A DNA stretch of 64,000 bases from Tubiluchus corallicola (taxonomy: Eukaryota > Animalia > Priapulida), in NCBI GenBank assembly GCA_030141605.1, contig JAQGDQ010000314.1:186001-250000 (forward strand), read 5' to 3'. The notes under the pieces were generated by a model. It searched no databases. It saw only the letters and a list, made by a program, of their open reading frames with translations, and was not told the origin of the DNA. Both the position numbers and the translations under genes were made by a program. Every line of letters begins with the position of its first letter. The first letter of the stretch is position 1. Positions 11,947-23,200 of this stretch are shown piece by piece.

Positions 11947-13728
11947 TTAATCTTCATCATCATCAAAGTGACCACCCTGTACGACTGTCTTCTGATGGTA
12001 GCGGCCCCGGGAGGCAAAATCTTCATTATCCTCTGTAAGCTGAGCAGCAGTCGTCTCCACTCCAGGGTGAGATGGAGTAACAACGTACTGTTCTTCCTCG
12101 TCCCGTCCACGACAGCGGTTCCACAGTGACCGCAGCCAACTTATGAAACTAAAGTCAGCGATGCCGGGAGCCAGGCCAGGGTTAGCCCAAGCAATGTAGA
12201 CATACACCAAGCCAAGGAAGATGAGATTACAAAGGGCATAAAGCCATTGCACAAGGAAGATTATGGTGAGACTGACTATAGCAGAAAGGAGAGCAATCCA
12301 GCGATTGCACAGCATTGAATACCAAGATTCGGGCTGTTTGCTTATCTGAGGTTTAGCGCCAGCTGGTTTGACAGCATCCAGAAGGTGGGAAGTGTCGCTG
12401 GCGTCACTGTAGAAACTTTGCTGACTGACTGATTTTTGCACAATTTCACCACGATCAACATCGTGTTTAAATGTTGGTGAGTGAGGGCGCTCGAGACTGT
12501 CCTGCTGCAAAGGACCACCGTGCTTCGGATCGACACGTTCCGGAAAAAGCCTGTCAAGGTCATCGCTAAACTTTTCCAGAGATTTACTTTTAGAATTGGG
12601 CAGGCCGGGCTTTTCTGCTGTGCCATAACCAGGGATGGCCATTGTGTCATCGTCATGAGCACCCTTGCCGAATCTTGTTTCGCGACGCTTTTGGATGTCA
12701 AACGACATTGCCAGAGCAAAGTAGGCGTAGTCAATGGCAGCATAAGTTATCATGAATGGCATTGTAACAATGGGTGCCAACACATTGAGCTGACCAATTA
12801 AGATAAACAACAATGACACCAGAACTGTGACACCAAGTGCCAGAACAGGAACCTTGTTAGGACCACGCCCTCTACCAAGAACACGGATAATTGGTATGAC
12901 ATTTTCATTTGCAATACTCTGGAGGATCCGCGGAGAGCCGTACAGACCACCCAAACACGAAGAAAGGGAGGAGATGTAGAGACCTAAAAGCCAAGCAATA
13001 CGCAAGCCGGAGACCTTCTCCGCAATCATGTAATCAGTTTGCAGGGCGCTACGGGTGCATGTTGCACCGAGTATCAATAAACACATTAAGTAGAGAAACC
13101 CACTGACACCAATAGACGCCAGCGAGCCAATGGGAATGTTTTTGCTTGGATTGCGCAAGTCTCCACTCATATTGATCCCGGCAAAGACGCCAGTGGCTGT
13201 GGGAAAGATTACCCCAAAAACAGTGAAGAAATTCTGGTCCGCCAGATAATCCGGACGGGAGTTGTTCATGAGTACATCTCTGCTGTAACCGACGACGCCG
13301 TGTGCAATGTCGTGACGCAGGAACGAACCGATTGCAAAATCTAACATGGCTATGAAGAGAGCGAAGAGAAGAACTAACTGGAGCTTAATTACCCATTTAA
13401 CTCCAGCTACATTAAATGCGCTGAGTACGATCAAGACCGCTGTGCCGATACCACGGGAAATCCAAGGATTGTCATTGCTGATCAGAGAGCTCATTGACTC
13501 ACCGAAGCCGGTTGCAAACAGCGCCACTCCAACTGCCTGCCCGAAGACATAGATTATTCCCACAGCACCTCCTGCTCGAGGACCGAGTACAAAACTGATC
13601 AGGAAGTAAATGCCGCCACTTTCCACCCGACAACGCTCACAGATGCCAATGCCAGACAGAACGGAGAAGAGTGCCATTAGGACCGTCAGAAGAATAATGA
13701 TTATAGACATGAGTATGCCGGCATTGCC
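11947..13728 (-). CDS. SLC12A8: Solute carrier family 12 member 8 (CCC9), large last coding exon
   Basis: Acceptor TTTCGTTTCAG|GGC at 13729/13728 gives GNAGILM, then LSGIGICER..ESGGIYFLISFVLG..GGAVGIIYVFGQ, FFTVFGVIFPTATGVFAGINMSGDL, and a C-terminal QLTEDNEDFASRGRYH typical of SLC12A8. Confidence 0.92.
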   Translation of the reverse strand, partial: GNAGILMSIIIILLTVLMALFSVLSGIGICERCRVESGGIYFLISFVLGPRAGGAVGIIYVFGQAVGVALFATGFGESMSSLISNDNPWISRGIGTAVLIVLSAFNVAGVKWVIKLQLVLLFALFIAMLDFAIGSFLRHDIAHGVVGYSRDVLMNNSRPDYLADQNFFTVFGVIFPTATGVFAGINMSGDLRNPSKNIPIGSLASIGVSGFLYLMCLLILGATCTRSALQTDYMIAEKVSGLRIAWLLGLYISSLSSCLGGLYGSPRILQSIANENVIPIIRVLGRGRGPNKVPVLALGVTVLVSLLFILIGQLNVLAPIVTMPFMITYAAIDYAYFALAMSFDIQKRRETRFGKGAHDDDTMAIPGYGTAEKPGLPNSKSKSLEKFSDDLDRLFPERVDPKHGGPLQQDSLERPHSPTFKHDVDRGEIVQKSVSQQSFYSDASDTSHLLDAVKPAGAKPQISKQPESWYSMLCNRWIALLSAIVSLTIIFLVQWLYALCNLIFLGLVYVYIAWANPGLAPGIADFSFISWLRSLWNRCRGRDEEEQYVVTPSHPGVETTAAQLTEDNEDFASRGRYHQKTVVQGGHFDDDED

Positions 13729-14912
13729 CTGAAACGAAATAAAGGAAATGTATTTAACAACATATTGCTAGTTATATATCTTAATATTTAAAGCTTATTT
13801 GAAACCTCAAGTTATTGATACTGTTACTTTGGAAGCTAACTACAAAAAATACACAACAAGAAGGTAAATGTCATATCATCAGGCCATAACTAAAATACAT
13901 TATAAGACCAAATTGATCGCCACCTTGATTCGATCTTCAGGATATTATTTTACGTCATTATGATTGCATGGACAATGCGAATAAATAAGATAGGGCTGAC
14001 AATAAAAATACTTTTGTGTCTGTCTAATCGCCCGGGTACATTTAATTTTATTGCACACCCAGCTGAAAGACTTACCTGCCACAGCCATATAAAAGCAGTT
14101 TTTAATTTAAAACGTAAAATACAATAATTATTATAACATCGTCATTTTGGATAGGACGCAGCCATGTTTTTCTAGGGCTAACTCTCAGTCAGGGTTCTCA
14201 TTCTCTATGATGCTTGTTATCGTATTGTGGGCCAAAAAGTATGTATTTTCCGCCAAATCAGCATATTAATGGCCGAGTAGTGTTGCCGCTTATACCATAA
14301 CTATAAGAACAAATGTTCTGATGATACCGTACAAAAAAGAGTCTATATGATAATCGGTAATTGTACAATAATTTAGTAATGCGAAATAAAGAACTAAAAA
14401 ACTAATCGTGAGAAAAATGTGCATTGAAGGAATTTAAAACATTACTGCTAACCAGTGGGAAATAAACAAACTTTGATAACAACTCACTTTAAATATTACA
14501 CAATTCAGCTTTAAACATTCACAAAGCTTTAAAAAAGATTTCCTCAATCCTTACTGACATCTTTTGAGCTCATGAGATAAGCCAGAAGCAAATTCTGTTT
14601 TGCGGCCAGCCCAGCAATAATTAGAAATGAATATGTAATTAAAATACATAAAAATTGCATGCCAGATACAAATACTTTTCTAGCTAAAATACCAGTTGTT
14701 TACTTTACATATCTGCTACAAAAGTACACAAATTTTTTTATAATTTGATTACTCCAGTGCACAAAATGTCCAAAAGCAATGAATGCATTTATAGTTTAAG
14801 CAGCACAATACGCTTAACTTGCCAAAATAAATTCTACCACACATTTTTAACATACTATATCTGTCTTTTAAGAACAACAGTGAAAAGTGCCAAGAGAACT
14901 CTAAGTGCTTAC

Positions 14913-15041
14913 CACCATCCAACCTGTGCGAAGGAATATGATTACGCCAAATATGTTCAGCATACAGGATGTAAAAACTCCGTCCCAGGTACCAAACAGT
15001 ACTGGCTCCCGAATGAAGAAATTTGCTTTCCACCAAGGTTT
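14913..15041 (-). CDS. SLC12A8: SLC12A8 internal coding exon (43 codons; not in the ORF track frame)
   Basis: CTGCAG|...|GTAAGC, phase 0/0. Translates [43 protein letters not shown], the conserved TM1 region. Confidence 0.92.
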
Positions 15042-15823
15042 CTGCAGAACAGAATGAGATCAAGAAACACTGTACATTATGCACGAGATATACTAACGAT
15101 GCTAATAGTACGAAAACCAAAAATTAAGAAATTCTACAGCCATTTGTTTTTTTTTTGAGTAACTTACCCAACTGTAAAGCATTAATCAAGAAAAAGCAAT
15201 GATTCAACCTCATAAACTAGTCCAATAGCCTCACTAAATCCCATCAATTGACAATTTGTACTAGTACAGTGCAGTATAAAAGAATTTATTGAACTATAAC
15301 AGAGTACATGAAATAAGGCCAAGAGCGTCCCACCCCCAGCCCCGTCAATGAAGCATGTTTACATAACTTGCCAAACATCAAGGCTGCCTCTGAACAAGAA
15401 GCTTCCTGATTCGAACATTAGTTAGTGACCTGACAAATAGCTTTACAGATGATTATATGTAAAATTTTGCAAAATGCATGCTACATTCCCACAATTTTCA
15501 GTGCCCAGCGTTTATTTTATATAACTGAATCTACTGAGTTACAACACTCAATAGTTACTGTTATTCAACACAGATAGTTGTGGCCAACTTGGCTATTATG
15601 AAGGTTATGCATGTAGATCACAAAATGGCAGAAAAATGGGATAAACAACCAGAAGTGGTATGACGAGTGAGCCGCCCAGAACAAGTATTAAAAAGTTTTG
15701 GATCAATCCTTGATCAGCTTTGGCTCCATTCTTAACTTCGTCTGCAAGAACTGACCATGACCACACAGCTATTACATCTTACCTCTATTCCTCTATTCCG
15801 TAACATGACCTTGTTATACGTAC

Positions 15824-16000
15824 CTGATCTTTCTGGTCATCAGTATATAATTCATTTTCTTGCATGGCATCATGCTGATATCTCCCACTCTCAGCTGTAT
15901 AAGGTGACTCCGCCCCTGTTCGCTCATCTCCATCACGCAGTCCGTACCGTCCCCAGTCCGGTGCACCTCCACCCTTTACTTGCTGTTCTAAGTCTGTCAT
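15824..16000 (-). CDS. SLC12A8: SLC12A8 first coding exon (59 codons; total protein ~695 aa)
   Basis: MTDLEQQVKGGGAPDWGRYGL...ENELYTDDQKDQ. Phase-0 donor CAG|GTACGT at 15824/15823. An upstream acceptor near 16027 implies a further non-coding exon. Confidence 0.75.
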
Positions 16001-19000
16001 TCTAGAGCTATATCTCTGATATGCCCTGTAAAATATTCACACAGGTTTATCATTTTGACTGAGATTTTTCATTTAATGACACAATAAAAATGGAAGATGG
16101 GCGGAGGACATTCTTATGCAAAATCAACATTTATAGCTACAGCCAAAAAAACAATAAAAAAAATTTGCAGTCTAATTTTTGAAAGTAAAAATTCATAAAA
16201 TTAGACCCCAAGGGCTATACAGTTCAAACGATTAATTATACAAATTAATAACAAAAATCGTTTAATGTCCAGATTGAATAACTAATTATTTGTCAAAATC
16301 AAAATAATTTGTTAATGATGGAATGAACTGTTGAATTTATGAAGCCAAACTTGTCTAAAACAATAAAGAAGCAAAAATCTGGTTAAAGATATTTAATATT
16401 AGGAGGCCAATTCCATGACAACTAGCCTATACAATAATAGTGGACTGTTCAATTCATCACCTTTCCTCATTAATTCTATATGCTAAAAATAACTACTAGA
16501 AAAGTTGATTACAGTAATGAAAATGAATCAACACAAAAATATAACACCTTTACATATCTAATCAGATAGCTTTCGAACATGCTGTGTCCTTTATCAGGCA
16601 AATAAAAATGAAAAGAATGGATCTTAGAACTTTAAACAGAATGCAAAAAACAACAACAATAATGTCAAATAAAGGATTAAAACAGATGTCCCTTTGGAAT
16701 TTAAATCCAGGTTGTCAACTTAATGTGCAAACTTTTTTGATTTTTAGGAAATAATTGTCACATGATTACATCAAAATTTTAAATTTGTTATTAGACGTAG
16801 AGTGACCAGTGAGAATAGAGTTTTAAAATCCACTCCTTTCATCCTTAATTGACTGATGATGGACACAAGAGGAAGCGAAGGGAAGCAGAATGCAAACATG
16901 GATAGATTTTACACAAAAGAACTCAATGAAACATCTCTAATTTTGAAAGACAAGTATTTGGAGAGAAGCAAAAGAACGTACCATTTAGCAGCAGAAGCTG
17001 GCGGTGTAACGTCAATGGACGATTGATACATGCCATATTATATGATGATGGAAACAAGTATTTTCAAAAGTTATCTGATTAAACATATTAGAAAAGTTCC
17101 ATAAACAACCAAATAAATCAAAACAAATCATATTGATTCACCTTCAAACCTTTGATACTTTTGCTCAAAGACTAGACGATGTCTGTAACGTTTCTACATG
17201 GTCCGTATCTTACACATGATGTGGGTTACTGCATTTGATTAGTTACTTATACTGCCTCCTCATCACCAATTTATGAATTAAGCAGTAAGGCGATACTGTT
17301 ACTGCAACCTAAGAAAAATTAAAAAGCTAAAATTTCAATTACCTCTTAATGAAATACAGAGAAGAATTAACTTGGGAGAATTAAGCCTGGCAGCAGTAGG
17401 TCTTTTAGTTTATTGAACAATTGACTTCACATTAACAGAAGTCCCGAAAGTGGCATTCTGTGCAGCTGTCCTCCCGGCTACATACTTCCATCAAATTATA
17501 ATTTGGGCACATGATAAAAAGCGTACTTACAGCAAATTTTGCCTGAATTCATAACACCGAAATAACTGCTGATAAAACTGAAAGGGGCACCAAAAACTTA
17601 CGAATATTAAATGTGAGCTGGCACTGAAAAAGCTAGCATGTCTGGTAATATAGCACACATTTGGAAATCTGGAATCATAATGTTTCCCCAAGTATAATTA
17701 CACACAACCACTGTAATAATTAGGCCTAATCATTTCATTACCTTTTAGGTCTGGCAATTAAACTCAAAATATTTTTACCACAAACTTACACAGGAGAAAC
17801 TTAATTACAGCTAGTATTTTCTCCTTTCTGATAATTCAGGGTCACACAAACACTTTCACATTCAGTAGTAAATTTAAATTAGACTTACATACTTTTATAC
17901 AATGCAATGATTTGATATTCAGATATTCATTAATAAATGACTCGGCATTCGGCAATAACAATTTCCAATTTGCGTTTTTAACAAAATAAAGCAAGACAAA
18001 CCACGCAAAATCAATAAATCTTAAACATTGTTGCTGCCATAACAGTGCCAATTAATTTTGTCGATGAACCTTTCAGTGGTAAATCAGGTCGGGCAAAAAC
18101 TGTTATAAGCTACTTAAATGTTCAGATTAAGCCTTAGGTCCTGCGGACTACGACTTTATACACTGAACTATTTGTACACACATGAACTTTATACACAGGC
18201 AAATTTGAAATTATACATCTACTTAGTGCAATCGTCGTACCGTCGGGACAATCACAATAGTGTCAAAAAACAACATTAAAATTTTATAGCCTACAAAAAT
18301 GTTACACCAGAAAAACTAAAAAATTCGTAGTAACCTAGAAAAAAGGTTCCAGATGGAATCTATCACTAAAATTCACAAACACACACGCAGCCATCATGGA
18401 GTGAACGTAGACTGGTACGCGTCCGTTTTCAAATTTACACTTTACCATGCAATGCATCCGGCGCGTGCGTGTAGCCGTAGATGAGAGTGACACTCAGGCG
18501 CCACACAGTTAGATGAGCATCAGTTGATACCTGGCTAGTTTGCATTCGAAGACGTTTCGCGTGTATTTACATTAATTTTATATTTTTGCGACTAAGAGAA
18601 ATTTAAAATAACCTCTTAGTTTTTTCTGATTGCAATTATAGGTCTGTATTTTGTACTATTTTCAAATATAATTGCAACCATTTCTTTCCCGGGAAAGTCA
18701 TTTACAATTTGTTATTTCGCTCCTAGTTTTATGCTAGCAGATAATTAATTAGTTGGAAACTGGCATTTTTAATTTATATTGCTGATATAACTACCCTGGT
18801 AAAATAAATAAATCTAATCCAAAAAATAGCTCTGTTTATCAAATTTACGGGGTTCCATAGGTGATATCAACTACTTGCCCATATACCCAGAAATTGTTTT
18901 TAAGGTATTGGTAATATAACTTTTTGTAATATTTCACAACTTGAGAAACAGTCCACAGTTAAGCGACTTGATCCAACAAGAAAAGTCCATTCTAAAGAAA

Positions 19001-20231
19001 TATAGTTAATTAGCAATGTACCAAATTTCAGTGAAGCCCATGCTTATAAATATAATTGAAGTTCCTAGTGACCTTGAAATATAATTGAGTTCTTTGTGCT
19101 GTGTTGCTTTGCTTTAGTGTACCGTCTTCCGTAGATTTTAAGTCGCAGACTAAGAAAAACTTTCACTGTCCTTCGTAAAAAAGAAGACTAGTGAACTGCT
19201 TCTTTACTGATCCTGCGTTAAAAGATGTGCTTGCGACTACATTTGCTGTATTTGAAAATATAGAATAGCGCTGCACATTAAACCTTGAGATAAGATTTTC
19301 AAACGTAATTATTGTGGTGCCACAAAAGTATTGATGTGGTAATATTTCTTCGTGTTCCTGCTGATTTAATTAAAAAACAATTTTTGCGAAACTTTGTTAA
19401 CACTGCAACGCATTTTTTAGAATTAGCAGTCACATGCGACGGCAGGAGCAACTCATAATGCAGCACCGGAGTCTACTCCTTTTGAGACAGACTTCAAAAT
19501 TCCATCTTCTCTCATCTTTCACGGCTTAAATGGTCTTAGCAGGACTGTATCCTAACTCAATATCAAAAATATTCCTATATGATGAAGTTCTGACAATCAA
19601 GTGTCTCAGCCACGTTTACGCACAAGCCCTTCTTTAAAAGTTAAAATAGCTAGTGGCAGTGTGGCAGACGAATCACCCGTCTCAGTGGTATCACCCATCG
19701 ATTTACTAACCAGATCTAGCATTGCTTAAATGACTACTCGTTATTTTCCGCGAGATATTCCGCCAAGATTTTCCAAGACTTTGAAATATAGACATGTAAG
19801 CAAGTAAGTGCCCCTTATAACGAGAAAAAGTTGTTGCTTTCCTACAAAATTTTGTCAGCATTTATGTAGCTACTTGGACCAAATAAATAAAGTGTTTCAC
19901 AGTGTTTGACTGAATAAAATAACAGCAACCTTAATGTATGCTCACTTCTCACATGTTTAATTCCTATTATTGTCAAAAGTACAAGATTTTTTAATGCATG
20001 TTAATATAACAAAAATAGCGCATATTAATTGATAAAAAACATTGTTGCGTTTTTATTTTATGTTTTATTACTTTAAACATTTGTAAAGGCAATGCGTTTT
20101 CAGTTTTTCATTTTTTTCGAACGTTTTTAAATCTTATAACTTATGAAATTTTTACTGAAATAATATGTTTAATACGTGATTATCATAATAATTCGAAAGT
20201 TCCCATTTCTCTTGAAATGCACCCCAAGATT

Positions 20232-23200
20232 TTACATTTTTGGTTTTGCGAATTTCTTTTTTAACCTATACAAATCCTCATGTTCCTGTTTCCATTTGTC
20301 TGACCTATCGAAGCAGGTGGACCACCACGCGAAACTGCCAGTTGGTTGAGTCTGCTGTAGATACCATTCACGGAGGTCTTCAGTGCTACCATAAATGTGA
20401 TCAAGTGATCCCATAGAGCGGCCGACGTGACTGCTTGATTTTGCTCTTTTTCCTTTGTCCTTATGAGGTTTGGTAGATCTGCGCTTACCAGAAAGGAGAG
20501 GTTTGTAAGCAACATTTTGGAAATCTTCACCATTAGTCGCAGCTGCCAGACAATCTCCTGGTTTTAACTCACTCAAATCATTGACTACAGAACCATCAGG
20601 AATCCGGTACAAAACCTCTGCCTTGCCCGTTTCAAAGGGAATCTTAGTTGGTATGTCCTGGAGAACTGCTTCTAGATTATCTTCTTTGTTCAATATAAAT
20701 TTCGTCGGGGAAGAATATGAATCACCGTTTCGGTACACGTGTGCCGGAACACCAGCCAGTGGATAATCAACGTTTTGAAATTTGTCCTTTTTAGTCGCAG
20801 CAGCTAAATGGTCCCCTTGCTTCAGTTCGTTTGCATATTTTATTTTAGAGCCGTCAGCTATTCGATACAGCTGTTCGACATGACCATCCACTAGAGGAAC
20901 CTTCTTTGCAGCATCTTGGACAATATCTTCTAATGTATTGTCTTCGTTAACTGTTAATTTCACGGGAGCAAAATTGACGTCACCATTTTTGTACAAATAT
21001 ATTTGAAGACCGGATGGTGGGTAATCAATGTTTTGAAACTTTGCCTCCTTTGTGGCAGCAACAGCAACTCTGTCCCCTGATTTAAGGTCATTTGTACTCT
21101 TGATTTTAGAACCATCAGGGATTCGAAACAATTGCTCAGCTCCACCCTCTTTAAAAGGAATCTTTGTAGAAATGGTTTTGAGAACATGTTCTAACTTGTC
21201 TTCCTGATTCACTAGCAGTCTCACAGGAGGAGATTTATTCCCGTTTTGGTACACGTATATTGGAAAACCAGATGGCAGGTAATTAATGTTTTTAAACTTT
21301 TCCTGATCTGTGGCAGCAGCCAGACGGTCTCCTGGTTTCAGCTCTTTCGTTTCATTGATTTTAAAGCCACCGGGGATATGAAATAACTGTTCAGCGTGAC
21401 CCTCGTTGAAGGTGATCTTTTCGGCAACAGCTTGGAGAATCTCTTGTAACTCATCATTTTCGTTTACTATAAATCTCACAGGTGGGGAAGATTCCTCGCC
21501 GTTTTTGTACACATAAACTGGGAAACCAGATGGAAGGTAATTAATGTTTTGATACTTGGCTCCTTTAGTGGCAGCGACTAGACGATCTCCAGTTTTCAGA
21601 TCTTTTGCATCTTTTATTTTGTATCCATCTGGTATTCGAAATAGCTGTTCGGGACGACGACCCTCTTTGAAGGAGATCATTGTTGCTACATCTTGAAGTA
21701 TTTCTTCTACCTTCTTTTCCTGGTCCACCAGTAATCTTATAGGGGGAAAGGCCTTATCACTATTTTTGTATACATAGATTTGGAAACTGGTAGCTGGATA
21801 ATCAATCTTTTGAAAATCTTCCCCGTCGTCTGCTGCTGCAACACGTTCTCCTGATTTTAGTTCACTTAGTTCTTTAATTTTGGAGCCATCAGAGATGCGA
21901 TATAGCTGCTTTGCATTGATACCTTCAAGAACATCTTTTAACTTGTCATCTTGGGTCAATATTAATTTTGTAGGAGGTGTAGATTTGTCACCGTTTTTGA
22001 ACACATAGATTGGACGACCAGCTGGGGCATAGTTGGTATTCTGAAACTTTTCTTGATTTGTTGCAGCTGCTAAACAATCGCCTGATTTTAAGTCCTTGAC
22101 ATCTTTAATTTTAGAGCCATCGGAAATCCGAAACAGTTGCTCAACACGACCTTCTTTGAAAGGAACCTTTGTGGCAACAGCCTGCAGAATTTCTTCCAAC
22201 TTGTCTTCCTTGTTCACAAACAGTCTTACCGGAGGAAAGGACTTGTCATTATTTCGGTACACGTATACCGGAAATCCAGGCTGTGGGTAAACAATTTTTT
22301 GGAACGCTTCTTTTTTAGTGGCAGCTGCCAACCTGTCTCCTGGTTTCAGATCTTTTAGATCTTTAACTCTAGTACCATCAGGGATTTTATAAAACTGTGC
22401 AGCATGACCGTCTTTAAAAGGAATCTTTGTGGTAACGTCTTGAAGAACCATATCTAACTTGTCATCACTATTCAGTGTTAGCTTTAATGGAGGAACTGAT
22501 GCATCGCCGTTTTTATACACATAAACAGGTATGTCAGATGGTAGGTAGTCAACGTTTTGGAACTTTTCTTTATTAGTGGCAGCTGCTAAACGGTCCCCTG
22601 GCTTTAGTGATTTTACATCTTTGATTTTCGAACCATCAGGAATTCTATACAACTGCTCTGCTTGACCCTCCTTAAATGGAATCTTAGCAGCAACATCTTG
22701 CAAAACCGTTTCTAATTGATCGTCATTGCTTAGTGAAAGCTTTTTTGGAAGCATAGATGCATCACCATTTTTGTACACGTAAACAGGTATGTCAGATGGT
22801 AGATAATCAATGTTTTTGAAAGTTTCTTTATCAGTGGCAGCTGCCAAACGGTCTCCTGGTTTTAGTGATTTCACGTCTTTAATTTTAGATCCATCAGGAA
22901 TTCGATACAGCTGCTTGGGATGACCATCTTCAAAGGGAATTTTTTTGCCAACATCTTGAAGAACCGTATCTATATTATCGTCACAGCTCAATATCAGTTT
23001 TATGGGAGCAAGAGATGTGTCACCATTTTTGTACACATAGACAGGTATGCTAGACGGTAGGTAGTCAATGTTCTGGAAAGTTTCTTTATTTGTCGCAGCT
23101 GCTAAACGATCACCTGATTTCAGTGATTTTACATCGTTGATTTTGGAACCATTAGGGATTCGATACAACTGTTCAGCATAGCCATCTTTGAAAGGGATCT

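Noticed and set aside
14745-15158. ORF-track proteins of 137 aa (+) and 123 aa (-)
   Set aside because: The true SLC12A8 exon lies in another minus-strand frame (14913-15041).
5875-16000. EMC7 next to an SLC12 gene, as in the human EMC7-SLC12A6 neighbourhood
   Set aside because: The gene here is SLC12A8, a distant subfamily from the KCC genes, so the resemblance is probably coincidental.
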